From the NCBI GenBank assembly GCA_965655095.1, contig OZ296648.1:91884001-91948000 (forward strand): a stretch of 64,000 bases of DNA, written 5' to 3'. Under the pieces are notes generated by a model. That model was not told where the DNA came from. It did not search any database and was given only the letters and a program-made list of their open reading frames with translations. The stretch's first letter is position 1. Every line of letters begins with the position of its first letter. Of the stretch, positions 24,624 to 38,400 are shown in pieces. The stretch is from Haplodiscus bocki (lineage: Eukaryota). The position numbers and the translations under genes were made by a program.

Positions 24624-27109
24624 CGTTGCATCATAATGGAAAGTTTCATGTTCGAGAGTTCATAACTGATGTCAAATAAAAGACATCAGAAAAAAAAGAA
24701 TTTAAAACGACTTGGAGTTCAGAGTATAGAGCTTGTGTAACAATAACGTCACGTCAGGAGTCAGCTTCAACTTTTAATTTGTAGGATGATGTCATAAAGG
24801 TAAATTAAGGCCCGAAAGCTGGCTCCTTTCAAATTTTCGGTAAAGTCCATATGTGGACATGTGCAAACAGAATATAGATTTGCAATTTGTAAATCGATAT
24901 TTTGTGCTAATATTACAAACGAGCGCAAACTGAAGAAGGCATACATTACAGTAACTGCTGCCCATTTTAGTTTACGATGCATTCATTGATTGTCATATAT
25001 AGGCATTGATGTACATTTGAACGATAGTTTAAATGATCCTTTGAATTTTTATTGTTCTTAAAAGAAAAATATCTAATATTTTAATTTAAATCATCCTGTT
25101 GAGTTTTAAAAATCTGTTGAAAGTGTTAAATTTCCAAATCCGTTTTATTTGTCGAATCAACGACACAAGAACTTTCTAATCTAATAAGTCGTTGACACCG
25201 CTATTAAAAGCTATTCAGGACATTTTGTTAAAAATTGCTTTGATAATGCTTATCTCAGATAAATTTTGCAATTTTTGCCAATTTTGTGCTTGTGGGGGAA
25301 AATGAAAATTTAAAAGATTCCTTGAAATTTCTTAATTTCTTTCGAATCAAATGATGGCCTTTAAAGATATAAATTGGACATCACTATATAGAGGATGCAT
25401 ACAATACAATCTCGCCAAATTTTATCAAACTTCACGCGAAATAACTTGTTCCAGATAAAATTGTTCCAGAATCAATTACCAATTTTCTGGCACAGAACTT
25501 TTTCGGGAGCAGCCAAAGAAAAACATGAAGTGGCAATTTTTGCCAATATGACACTTTTTGGGATTTTGCATTTTTATCTCTCAAATTCGTCGAAGACGAG
25601 CGTAGAATCATCACAATAATTGTAATTTTCTTTGTTTTTCACGCTGAATCTGAATTTGGTTAATTTCACAGCGTTTTGGTATAGTGTTTGGCTCTCCTCT
25701 ACCTGTGATGAAGTAAACACCGATTTTTTGTTGTTTTATTTTGAAAATAATGAAGCTGGAAGAAGAAGACTTATTTTTAACGATCCTTAGGACTTTTTTT
25801 ACGCTTTAGCAAACAACAACAATTCAGTTGAGCGAATGGGCTTATTCAGGTATAGGAGGACACAATAAGCAATTAAGGGTAAAAGTCAATTTCGTGGAAC
25901 CTCTAATCAGCTTTCGGTCGTTGCAAATTTAGTTATTCGACTCAGATCCAAAGTGCCCTTGGCTTCAAACCCGCGCACCAGGAAAACTGTCAAATGTTTC
26001 ATCAAAACGTAAGGGTTGAAAGTTTTTAGCTATAACAGTTTGGCAGAGAAGAGGCGCAAACATCGATGAAGGCAGATTGTCTTGAATGAAATTAATAGAA
26101 CAAATGAGCAGCTAAATATATCAATTTCTAAGGATAAGTATATGAGTATGTACCATCCATATCTGTGAGTGGACAGGTTCATTAGGCCCTCCTTACATCT
26201 GTGCTAACTTTAATTACAAGTAATAGGATTGGTTACAGTAGTTGAAAAAAAGATGATCTCAAAAAATAAAAATTGAAAACGTTTCAGTTTCCGGTAAGTC
26301 TCACTTCAGCTGGTAACAAGGCGACCGTAATACTCAGAATATTCACAGAAGGGAACCCTTTGATTCTTTGAAAAATTTTCCGAAAAACTTATCAAGGAAA
26401 GGACCGGTATTTTTTTTGTCGAAAGTGTTTCAGCGGGCCCTCCGGTGTTTGGGAAATCTCAGTTTTCCGCAATTTTTTGATAAAGCAAACGATGGAGATT
26501 ATCAGGATTTTCATCGAAAAAATATGTGTCACATTACCAAAAAACTCCTTTGTTTCGCAAAAGTTGGGTCTCCTCTAAAAAGTCAGGAAGCACTCCGAGT
26601 CAGAAATATGGAGAACTTAGAGTAGCAGGGATGTTCTGTTGCGTTCTTTTACCGAGAAATATCTTGACTAGTATTTTGGATTCAGAAATATTCTACTTGC
26701 GTATTCTTCAATGTTGTTTTTCGAAAAGACTACCGGTTGGAATGCAACCATCCAGGAATATATTGACTTGTAAGTTAGAATCGAAAAATATTTCCTTGCA
26801 CTCTTATTCGAAGTTGTTTTTCTCGATGCGTAACGGTTGTTCAGTGATCAATCAGAAGCGAGCATTATAGCGAATCTGCAAAGGAGCCTGGAACTGGGGG
26901 TACTGGATTACCCGAGATTTCCTGTTTTGCACCTTTCACGCGAATTATTTTGACTTGAATTTCTAATCAAGTTTGCTTTTTTTGACAAGTTCTTTCCTCG
27001 CAGGCCATCTGGCGTATTCTTAGCATCTAGTGCTCTTTCAAAAACCCGGCAAAAGAACGAATTTGGGCGGAGTCTTTTGCGGAACGCTCTCAATTCATAA
27101 AACTAGTCT

Positions 27110-27341
27110 TCTTGTTGGAATAGTGGTAAAAACCGTGACACAATCGAAAGGTTGTGGGTTCGGTGCATCCCCTACCCAATGTCTTTGTTGCTCGAGTAAG
27201 TTAGTTTGCTGCAGTCTGGTAGCTGTAGAAACTCCTAATAGCTGCCAATCATGAGTGGCTCATTAATATAGGACGGCTAACGATCAACAGATCCTGAGCA
27301 ACTCTTGATGTTGGGACGGGACCTGGTTCATACAACAACAA
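27110..27341 (+). mobile_element. Possible degenerate tRNA-derived SINE with (CAA)n tail
   Basis: A-box-like TGGAATAGTGG (27116), B-box-like GGTTCGGTGC (27157), a GC-richer body, and an ACAACAACAA end. Confidence 0.35.
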
Positions 27342-28379
27342 TGCGTAAAAGAGAAGTCATGCTAAAATTTTTAGTGGTAGATTATCATGTCAATTGTATC
27401 ACAGAGTAAAACGATTTACCAGACTCCGACAAGCGAAGGAGAAAGCCTCAGCAACAGCGGAGTCAAGTTATAATCCAGCCGTGTGATTCAACTGCTCTCG
27501 TTCTCCACATACCAGGCGCTTTGTGCCGAACAATCTTTAACCATAATAAGGTCCTGACGTTCGAAAAACATTTTACCCGCAAAGCTATATTTTAAACTGA
27601 AAACGTAACCAAAGCTGGAAATTCCTTGGAAAAAGTACGGCATTTTAGTTCCAACTTTTTGCAATAGTACCAAACAATGCTAAAACAAGCGTTTTTTAGT
27701 CGCTAGTTGAAATTTGACGCTTATTAGCGACTTTGTAGTGGTAATCACCATTGCGTTATAGTAACTGTTCAGCAATGTATAAAGTCATTTACTGAATCGC
27801 AGTGAGGATAAAAGCACTCTAAATTTGAACACGGAGTTCTTTTACACTGAAAGACTTAACCAAAGCTGGACAAACGAACTCTACTTGCTTTTCATAATTT
27901 GTGCATTTAGTTTAATAACATTAGAGACAACTGAGTATATAATAACCGACTCAGAAGAGAGAAAAGCTAGAGTTTTAAGCTTCAAATTTTGTAATTAAGA
28001 ACTAACGTAAGGGTTGTGAATCATGCACCGCTGAAATATACTGCTCACCATCCGCTGTCATCTCCGAAACTTCGACTAATCAATCAATACCTGGAAAAAA
28101 TTTAAATCTGACTAATAATGTTATGTGCACCTCAGTCGATGCCTTCACCAAAAAATTGTTGAATTTGGCTATAAATTTAAAATGTCGAACACGGTAAATT
28201 CCGACACAAAGCAAAACAATAGTTTCAGCATTTGTTCCAATACAACATTCGTAGGAGTATGCGAATGTTTTTACTCGATTAAGAGAGTAATTCACTGAAA
28301 CTTTGTAATGCTCCCGCTTCAAGTGTTATATCGGAGGATTTCGATCGGTTTTTCAGATGCGTACGAAGCGAACACAATT

Positions 28380-28720
28380 GCCAAGGTTTCAGAAATCGCC
28401 GTCTTCGGCACTCAAACTTGGGACTTCCACGTTGCAGTCACATGCTCTACTAAATCAGCTACTTATGCTTGATGTCGAACAGTTGCATTTTGTGTATGGA
28501 GCGAAGCATGATTTGCTATAGCGTTTCGTTTTACTTGTCATATTCTAATTCGTAAACATGTAAGAAATAACTGATAAAAATTATTTTGTGAAATTCTAAT
28601 AATTGAAATTATTCTCTTACTCGTGGTTTGGCCCTTTCAAGAATCAGAGGTTTTTGTTTGAGTTGCTCGCTTCTGTTGGTGTAAACGTTGCGAAGCATAG
28701 CTTGGCTTCTGTTTACACAT
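28380..28720 (+). repeat. Diverged copy of repeat family R2
   Basis: Shares GCAGTCACATGCTCTACT, GGCCCTTTCAAGAATCAG and the end motif GTTGCGAAGCATAGCTTGGCTTCTG with 15040-15435. Confidence 0.6.
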
Positions 28721-29441
28721 TTGTGAAAGTAGCAGAACTGGGGACTGGTAGAATATGTCTGTTGAACTTGTCAAACTAAAGAAAAGTTCCAAATAAACAG
28801 CCGAAAAACTTATGCGTTTGATTGCTGATTATGAACGTGAAAACATAAAAGCTCTCTTGAATGGTGTTGCTTTGCATGTCCATAATTTTCCTGGTTAAAT
28901 ACTCCGACTTGCTTCTTGTTGATATGAAAAATGCCTTTCCTCTTTTTTAGTTTTCCTTTCTTTTGGTTCAATTTAATTGTGGTCTGCATTTTTTTCAAGG
29001 TTCGAGAGGTTTCGACAGTAATGCCTGATGGCAACCTCCCCCAGGCATGAACAATAAGGAGGCTATATGTGACTGCAATCAATTGCTGGTGAGGACGGAG
29101 CAGCCCTTCACTGTATCTCCCTGGTTCCCTCGGTGCTAAGTTTGACGTTTTTTCGGTGTTATTTCTTAAGCAAAATGGGTGACATTCTGCATAAACTACA
29201 GAGCCCACTTTTCGATGAGAAACACTAGAATGTCAGGTTTAGACAGAAATTTTCGATCGTTTAGTTCAGACTGACATATGATTCATCGGTAAAACACGAT
29301 CGCGCAGTTCATCCTTTTTCATCTTTCCATTTGAAAGAACGGCCGATTAATTTTCTTACTTGAATTCAAGTTTTGATTTGTTTCAGAGAACTGATTTAAT
29401 TCACGCAGCAATATGGTTCAACGCTCTTCAATTTTTATACT

Positions 29442-29470
29442 ATGCCAAAACTATACACTAGCCTACAAAA
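29442..29470 (+). CDS. TEP1: TEP1 putative first coding exon (MPKLYTSLQ)
   Basis: Acceptor TTTCAG at 29381-29386, in-frame upstream TAA, donor GTAACC at 29471; phase 2 matches the next exon. The alternative start is the ATG at 30012. Confidence 0.4.
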
Positions 29471-32400
29471 GTAACCGTCATCATTTGAGTCATATTTCAA
29501 GTTCACAATTTCTCAATATACAAAAATATAGTAGAAGCAATGTCTTCGAAGCTTTTTTATGCCTGTTTTTTGTTGGAAAATTGGATCACTATTTGAAAAG
29601 TTCTGATACCCTAATTTTTATTCTTTGTTTCTGAAGTTTTGCCGAAAATCTTTTCAACACAAGAAATGTCGAGAACCTCACCTATGCTTTTCCGTAGCCA
29701 AGGATCGCTAAAACTTTTTACTTAAACACAGTTTAGAGAAACAGACTTCTGAGTAGCTAGCTAATAAAAACTGAATTGGCATCTCAGTTTCCATGTATTA
29801 AGGTTGGGCGTAGGGAATTTTTTCCTGAAGGAGGTTATCATTCGAGGAATTGACATTACGGGGTTGGCTTGTCTATTGCTTGTGATATTGAGTCTGTTGC
29901 TCACCTTGATTCTAACTTGAACTTCTATTTTTTGGTGCTCTTCTGTTTTGATCCTTCCTAATTGTTCATTTAAAACTATGTGAAGGGGTAAAGTTGATGG
30001 TATTTTATAAAATGTCGTATTTTAGCAACCTTCGTCAAAATTTAGACAACCCTGCTCTTTCATCTACATACGGTGGTAACGCCACTTTGCTACAAAATCG
30101 TCTGTTGCCCTCCAGTTCAAGCCAAAATGAAAAGAGGCTGGTGAATGCAACCACATCAACTTACAGAATGGCCTCGGATAACTTGAAAAGAGACTTGCAA
30201 TGCTTGCCTTGTCAACAGTTTCAAGAAAGAAGGTTGGCATGTAAAAGTTTTTCTACATCAAACTAGTTTGGAAATGTTTCCTCAAGCATAACAAGTTGAT
30301 CAGTGACACGAAATATGAAATAACTCCGAAAATTAAGAGCGTTGCCATGTGATTTAATCTTTAAGGATAATTGCTTACATGTCTTAGTTCTCAACGTATG
30401 ATTGTCAGTTCCACTATACTCAGTGCCGAAATACCTAATATGACATATCCAATGTCACATTCATAATCTCAATAAGAGAAGCGTTAACAGAGTCATATTT
30501 CCAGCTTCTAAGACTAACTGTTCCGGAACACAGCTTGAAATGGAGCAATTTCTTATTACTAAAATTAATGCCGATGATATTCGATATGTTAGGGACAACG
30601 GGACACTTTTTGACTTTTTTCATTCATGTTTAAAATACGTCCAAAATGTAATTGCAACGGCATTCAGTCGTAACGCCTAGCAGCAAATTGGTGTGTGATA
30701 CCCAACAAATTTTTGCGAAACTGTGCGAAAACGTACTGTGCGTCGGAAAAATTTGTCCCAATGGGAAAAATTATTGAAGTTCGGTAACGTGACACCGAAG
30801 CGTTCAATTGACTTGCGTGCTGCATGTATGTTACTTGAACCGTTCATTTATTGCTTTTTGACTTTCTGATGGTGTGTAGATTGACGTTGAATTGAATCTC
30901 GTTTTTCTGAGAAGGGTGTAATTTTGGTTGTGAGCAACCCAACTGTTGCCTGAGCATTAAAACAAAATTTTTTCCTATGTAATGCTGGGTTTGATGGGAG
31001 TCGGAGGCTTTTCATTATTTTTTTTTGCCATAAAAGTTTGGAAAAAATCCGTTTTTTGATGCTTATTTAATTTCTTTAGCTTTTTAGATCGTTATAATAT
31101 TGTACCTGAACTTTCAACGGGCTGAATGCGTGTCCTTTGCTTTACAAGAATTTTGATTCAATGTGTTTGTGGGCGCTTTATAGAAACAAATACCCAAGTT
31201 TTACAGTGATTTTTTACGTTTTGTTTTTGTTTTTCTTTATTTATATTTTAAGACTATATAAGTGGACGAATATTTCAAAATAATATTGACGAACCTGAGT
31301 ACTGTGACTCTGAAAGCGTCTGAAAGCGTTTCCTGTAAAGATTGTGCTATCTATTCAAGCAGGTTTGCTGACAATGCTCGTATAAATGTATATTATAGCT
31401 GTGTTTCTTGAAGAATCGAAGAAAATTGTGTTAACGTATAATTTAAACGTGCGTATTTGGACAATATCCATCAGATTGTGATCGTTTTATCATTTAATAA
31501 AAACTCATCAGCTTGAAAGTTCGTTCAGTGAGAGGCACCGCATTTTTCTTGATTTTCCCGTAAAATTTTGCTACCTCCGGGATATTTTGCGCCCTCCAAC
31601 ATTCTTAAAAATGCCTTGTTCAAGGATGAAAGCGTTTTTCCAAAATAATTTATTTCTTCATCAGATCTTAACTTTTCCAACATTAATTTATTTCTGATTT
31701 TCGCCAAAAAACATCAAAAATAAAGTGGGAAGACATTTTCGAGAAAAAATACCATTTGAGACGCATTCTAGAAAAAATTTGCCACATGTAGCGATTTTGA
31801 AAATATTCAAGATTTTTTTTCGAAAAAAAAACATTTTCCCAAAAATAACCCCAAATTTTGAACGTTTTGAGAATTCTTTCCATTGCAGTTGCATTCTGCG
31901 GCAAATTTGCTACAGTTTGGTGAAAAAATAATAGCATGTTCAGACGTGAACAAAATTGCCGAAGTTGGCGTGAACGCAATTGGCAAACATCGGGTAAAAA
32001 AACGTCAGAATTAGCGCATTTGAGAGGAAGATCTTGCTTGCATATTTTTGACATTGCGCAAAATAATAATTGGAGGCTTAATAATGTTTTGTTCGCGTTA
32101 ATCTTTAAAATCATTTTTTTCCAATGACAAGTCGGATTGGGGCAATCCAGCGTATTTTCTGGTGCTTGCCCATCGGAGGTTCTGCGCAGTAGCTTGGATG
32201 ATGTGTTTTCTGTTTATTTTGCCGAAAATCTTGATTTGAAATTGAAAACTTGAAGATGTTAATTCTTTCGTTCGCGAAAATCGTCGTTGACTATTTGTCG
32301 GACTGGGTCCATTTGGCGTTGATTTAACTAGTTGCGGTTGAGAAGTTCTGTGGAGTAGCTTAGCTTGTCCTGCGTCTTTGTCTTAAAGTTTGATAGTGAA

Positions 32401-35400
32401 TATTGATCAGATTGCGGCTATCCAGCGCTCAATTGTCTACCCGCTGTCTCAATCATTAGTGGCTTATCAGTGATTGTTTGTCTTGTCTAGCTTTTCGTTG
32501 ATGCTTTTTTCGAACAGTACATAGCGGCACATTTCGGTTCTGTTCGGACAGCTTCGATAAACGTTTTTTTTTCAAAAATTTTGCAGTTCACGCCGCTGTT
32601 ATTGCGAAGCCTCATGTTCCAACATGTTCATTTGGAATTCGGGGGAAGTCTTTTGAAGTTGCTGAAGATCTGATGCTTTCGTCAGTGGTGATGCTGTGTA
32701 AAGAGAGTGTGTTTTTTGGACAGATAAGGTCCGTTGGGTTAAATCAGAATTAGGTTATTTTTGCTTTATTCTGAAATCTCTATCCTGTAGGAATTAATTT
32801 CGCGTGTGTTTGCAGAGCAGAGCTTTGCTTGTGTTTAATATATGATGAGATGAACCTTCGGAATGTCTATTTGAACGGTAATGAAGTATTCTCGTTCAAA
32901 ACTTACAATTTGTGCTGTCGTCAGACTATTTAGTGAAGAAAGACCTTTTATGACTTTGGCGAGTACTTGTTATCTATGCGTTCTTAAATTTGCCCGGTTC
33001 GCAAACCTTAAGCTGTAAAAAGGCGCAAGTCGGACATGCATGATTGAAAATCAAGTTTTTGTGCGTGAGACGGTGTGGCAGTTTCTTGTCTCTACTAGTT
33101 GACCCAAAATAGCTGATACTTGGAAATACAGCGGTGAAACCTCATTCAAGTCACCCATCTTGCCTAGCAGTCATTAGAATTGCCAAACAACTCCACATCT
33201 CATGAAATTGAAAGTGATGTGACTATTTTAGTTCCAGATGATGAAAGTTTTGATTCCCTTTTACCGTAATCTTTCTCTTTTTACTTGAATTTTGACACAA
33301 TCTTAATAATTTCGATTGATTGACTAGCGAGCCAAAACTTCTGAAGGATTTTCGCCTTGTTGTTTCCTTCAATATATTGTCAGTATATTGGAGAGCTCAA
33401 AATTCAAAATGTCTATCGTTGTTTTATAGTCACGTAGGTTATAGTTTTTTTCGAAGAAATGTTTGATTGAGAGAGCCTGTCGTAATTCTATAAGTTTCAA
33501 ATACGTCTGCGATTGTGGCATCAGAGAGCTATGAGGATCTCTGGTTTTTTTTTCAATAATTTGTGATATTGGATCATTTGGCTTTTGTGGTCAGCATCTG
33601 TTGTGAATTCTCCGTTTCTCCCATTTAATGATATAACTCATTTTAATGCATGCTTTTAAATAATCCATCTCTCAACTGTTCTCTATGTTAGACTTTTGGG
33701 TTCAACTGTGACTGGTAGCAAATTGACTGCGACTTCTTCGTTGCTGCAGTCTAAATCATTGGCAACTCATTCAGAGAATAAAAGGTTGATCGAGGAAGAA
33801 GCAACGCCAGAAGAGCATCATGTCGAGGAAGGTGAGTAATATGATTGGACGGTGAGTAATATGATTTGCGCACATTCTTTAATTCCTACTGAAAACCGTA
33901 CATATCTGAGTATTTGACCGTTTTGAAATTCGTTGAATTTTTATTTCGATGGACCAATGGGAATATTGGGTACTTTTTTTCATTCATCCTTGGAGCCTTT
34001 GTTTGCTATGCAGTTTTGAGTCTCATTTTGATGGGTTTGTTAACTTTCACTTCAGATAATGAATAGGCTGATTGTTACAACTACAACACGGGTTCCAACA
34101 AAAATCTTAAGCGCGTGAACTTTTCGTTTTTTATTTTCTTGTTTCGCCAAGTCTTTAATGAATCTGATTTTTTTTCAGACGAATCTGAGATAGAAATCAG
34201 AAAATTACCGATCGAGGAGAAGAAAGAATATGAAGGAGAAATCTTTCCACCAGTTGGGAAACAGAAATTGTCAGACGTTACAAATTCTCTCAGTGCACTG
34301 GATAATGTAAAGGTAAGTGTGAAGTGGCAGCAGCGGGATTTCAATTCACAGGAATTTCGATGGTTTCATCAGTGGCGACGTATTGTAAAGAGTGTAGTTC
34401 TTGTGAGATTGTCATTTCAATGCCGAAATCAGTTGCTTTATTAGTGCTTTAACGTCTTTCACCTGTGTACTGAAATTCCGGCTGTGCCTCTTTTAAACTT
34501 ATGCTAACGCAAGTGTTGCGAAGAACAGCTTCGCCTCTGATTGAAATTCGAATTTTTCTTATGTTTTTCAAAGTTGTTCGTGGAAGTTATTTTCCTCGAG
34601 GACTACTGTTCTGATTGCAACCATCCGGTGCTTTTTCCAAAGCGTGCAGTATGAGGACATGCTGGAGTAAAGGATGTCCTCTTGGGTACCTCAGCCGCAA
34701 AAAATGACTCATAGTTTGGTCTTCTCTTTTGATATTGCTTCTCTCGAAGGCGACCGGCTGACTTTCTATCGTACAGTGCTCAGTGGAAACCCACATTATG
34801 GAGTATCTGTGGAAAATTATTCGGTATATCACCTTTCATAATATCCATGCTGAAATTGTTTACTTGTGGTTTAGTTTTTGGCATTTTACTTGAGCATTTT
34901 TTGAAATATGCGTTTCTGGGAAACTGCATCTTGGATTGATGTCATCCAATGCCTTACTTGAAACTTAATAAGTAGGATTGCTGTTCAACAGTTTAATTTT
35001 AATATCAAATCCGAAGGCAAAAGGTATTATAGGTAAGACGTTGATCTTTTTTCTCCAGAACCGACAACTGAATCGGACACTTCTGCTTTTCACCTCACCA
35101 CTGCTACTTGCAGTGGAATCACAGATACCTCGTGTGACTGCTAGAGAGATACGTTAACTTGTCTTAAATGTAGTTATTCGGTATTTTCCCATATGGTCTT
35201 TTAAAATGTACGTATTTTGCGACACAAAAGCAAGCACAAATATAGCAAAATACAGCAGAAACTTTTGACATCTAGATCAACTTTTTTTCAACCACAGGAA
35301 ATTAAATCGACGAAGACTCATTTTTGCTTGTTATAGTAGATTTCTGAGTCTCGCAGAATTCAGGTTTGTTACTGCTTGAAAGTTGATCAAAAGTGGATGG

Positions 35401-38400
35401 TTTTGGCGTTTTTCCCGACCGAAGGTCTCTGTTCTTTTGTCTTCCAAATCAGCTTTTCTGCTCCAACTTCAATATTTTTTCGTACTGATGTATCTTTTTG
35501 TCAATTTTCTTGAATTTTAGCAATTTTTGGAGAAAATCTGAGAATGCCAATTCACCAGTTTCGTCATGTTTTCTGATGTTTCGCCTTTTTTCGAAACCAT
35601 TTTTTTTAACCTTAAATTCATCAAGTAGGTTGAAATCACGCACCCCACTGTTAAAAATCGCCACTTCAACAGTTATTTAAAGTTTTAGTCTTGTTATAAA
35701 GTATTTTGGGCTCAAAGTGAGTCTCCTTGTGCCGTAGGATGCTAATACTTCATTTGTTAGCCTCAAAAATTTGATTTTTCATTCTTTTGCTTCGTGTATC
35801 GAGCCCCGCTAGAGGCCTGTTTTCTTAAATTGAAACTGCTCCGTAAACCTTGCTCTAACGAAGAGTTTATGAGAATTGAGTGAGCAGTTTTCGTTTGTGG
35901 GAATTTTTAATCCATGCTGCTCCTGACTCGGTGCAAGTGTATGCGAAGCCCAGCCCAGCCTCTTGGTTTAAGATAGGCAAAAAGGCTAACCAAACCACAA
36001 TTTAGTGGGATTTTAGGTTCTTTGCCCTTGTAAGGTTCTTTTTAGCTACTAATCCATAGTAAAATGATACAACGATATACTTTACGGCAATTTGAAAAAT
36101 TCTAAACAACCTTCAAAACAGATATAATATGGTACGAATTCAGTAAAAATTGCAATAATTTCACTGGGTCAAACATTTTTTTTTGCCAAGATGTAGCTGT
36201 TCTTCAATTTTGTCTGGTGTCTGGTTCAAAAGCTTGATATTTTTTCATTAATTATTTTTTATAATAACCTCCTTCGAAGAGGGAAGCTGTTTCATTTTTT
36301 TGGAAACGCCTTCATTATGAAGAAACTATGTTTTGGTCATTTTTTGGAACTATATGCGCAAAATCGAGATTTTTTGGGAATCTACGATTTTCGAGGCCTA
36401 CCAGGGGCCTATTTTTTGATTTTTTCGCGAATAATTTGGTTAGGAGTGGCTTTAAAATATTCTCGATGGAGGACTGCAAACAATGCAGGGCTCCGCTATT
36501 AAAGTGTACAAAATTACCACATAAATTAGTTCATTTTTTCAAAGATGGGGGCTTTTTCAGCCTTCGTCAACCCTCTTAATACGCCCTTGAATTGGGTGCT
36601 CGGTATTCACTACTATGCTCACGTTGCTGAATAAAGGACAACCCGCTTATAATGACGCAAAATGGACCTTTTTCGCGTATTAATTTAGAAAAATGAAAGT
36701 TGAATGGTTTCTGTAGCTGATTGCATTGTTTCTCGTTGATGCGGAACAACCCCCTTCTTTCAAAACAATTATGTGGCTTACGCTGCATCAAAAAAGCTTT
36801 TTGTTGCTGTGGCCATGGACCAAATACGGTGTAACGGACCGAAAAACAAAGATGAATTTCTGCTTAGGGAAGAATTTTTTGTTCATCAAAAATAAAGCCC
36901 TTCTCAGTAAGGTCTTCCCACAAATTTGCGTCATTGGAATTAGCTCACTGAAGATTCGACAAAAGGGAACAATTTAAAAAACCATTACAGCTAGTTTAGC
37001 GTAAGTTAAGCTTTCTTCAGTTTCATTGATTAAGAAGCGATCTTTTGAAATGACACTGACGTAATTTTAAAACTTTTGTATTATCTCTAATAATTATCTA
37101 ATCGCCAATATGTAAAAAATATTTGAGTGCCCTATTGACCAAAGCAATGCAAGGACATTCAAACCGATGAAAAGTGTTATCTTCCCAATGACGAAGTTAG
37201 CTTGATTTGTAAAATAAAATTGAATGAATATTCTACAATGAAGTAAGATGGGGCGACTTCCTGAATGAAATAAGACTGCTAAACATAAACTCAGTTTAGT
37301 TCCCACGAACCATACAAACAAATTCAGTTCCCACTACACATGAAAAACCTGAACATTAAAAAATCACAATTGCTTGCTCTTTACGAATTGTGCTAATTAA
37401 CAAATCCGTAGTATAGGGTTTCTTCCATATAGAGGATCAGTTGGGTTAAAAACTAGTTGAGAGTTAATAATTACTGTGTTGGTTTGCTTTTTTAGAGGGA
37501 ACTGATTTCTTCTGTGAGCGAGGCTCTTGTGAACCCCATCAAAAATTTCAGTAGAACTAATAAACAATGCGATAACTTGATCGCCAACCTGGAAAAAGTT
37601 GCAAACAGCTATGACCCTGAATTTATTCTGAAGGTAAGTTGTAATCTTAATGATTAGTTGGGTTCAATTTGATAGTCAGAAGAAATACAACTAAAGAACA
37701 AAGTCAACGTGATGTCGATAAATCATGGTTGAACAAATAAAAGGTACTTAATATTATGAAATTAGACGCGGTGCATATTGAGAAAAGTTCCTTTTAACAA
37801 GTTTTAATGGAATTATTTTTATGCAACTAATTATAAACTTTTCCCGACTGGTCCAGAATTGCACGCAAGATCTATGTTTGTCTTTAAACTTAATGAAAGC
37901 ACTCTTGACTGAGTAGCATGGATGCGACCTGGGAAAGCACTGCGGCATTTGATTGACTAAGCAACTTTGAAGATAGAAATGGAAATCGGGCTTTAATTTA
38001 ATGGATTAATTATTGGTTTGTCAATTTTGCTCGGCAGGCAAAAAGAAACAATGTTATTTGCGGAAAAAGGAATTTTCATGACTGATCCAAAAGCTATTTT
38101 AGTCAGTCATTATCAAAAGACAATGTGAACACTTTGAAGCAAGTCAAAAAAGGAATGTTGGTCGATGGAGTGGAAGAACAGTGCACGTGGATAAATGAAG
38201 TTATGAAAACAATTAGATAGAAGAATTCGATGAAGAATAAAATTTCAATGGTGTCCCCCGAATCTCTGAATTTACTGTTTAGGCATTAGGCTTGCTCAAG
38301 GCCTATGAACTTTATTTCTGGTTTTTCTCTGCACTTTGTAAATGGGCGTGACTGTCCGCCTGAGCGATGAAGTGAAAAGGAATAATTTCTTTCTATGCTT

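Noticed and set aside
31455-31515. Hammerhead ribozyme on the minus strand (CTGATGA, stem II, ACAAT/ATTGT-C)
   Set aside because: The GAAA core is replaced by GATC and stem I cannot form.
31525-32127. Several 60-143 aa ORFs rich in F/K
   Set aside because: They arise from A/T-run-rich repeat-like sequence on both strands and have no protein-like motifs.
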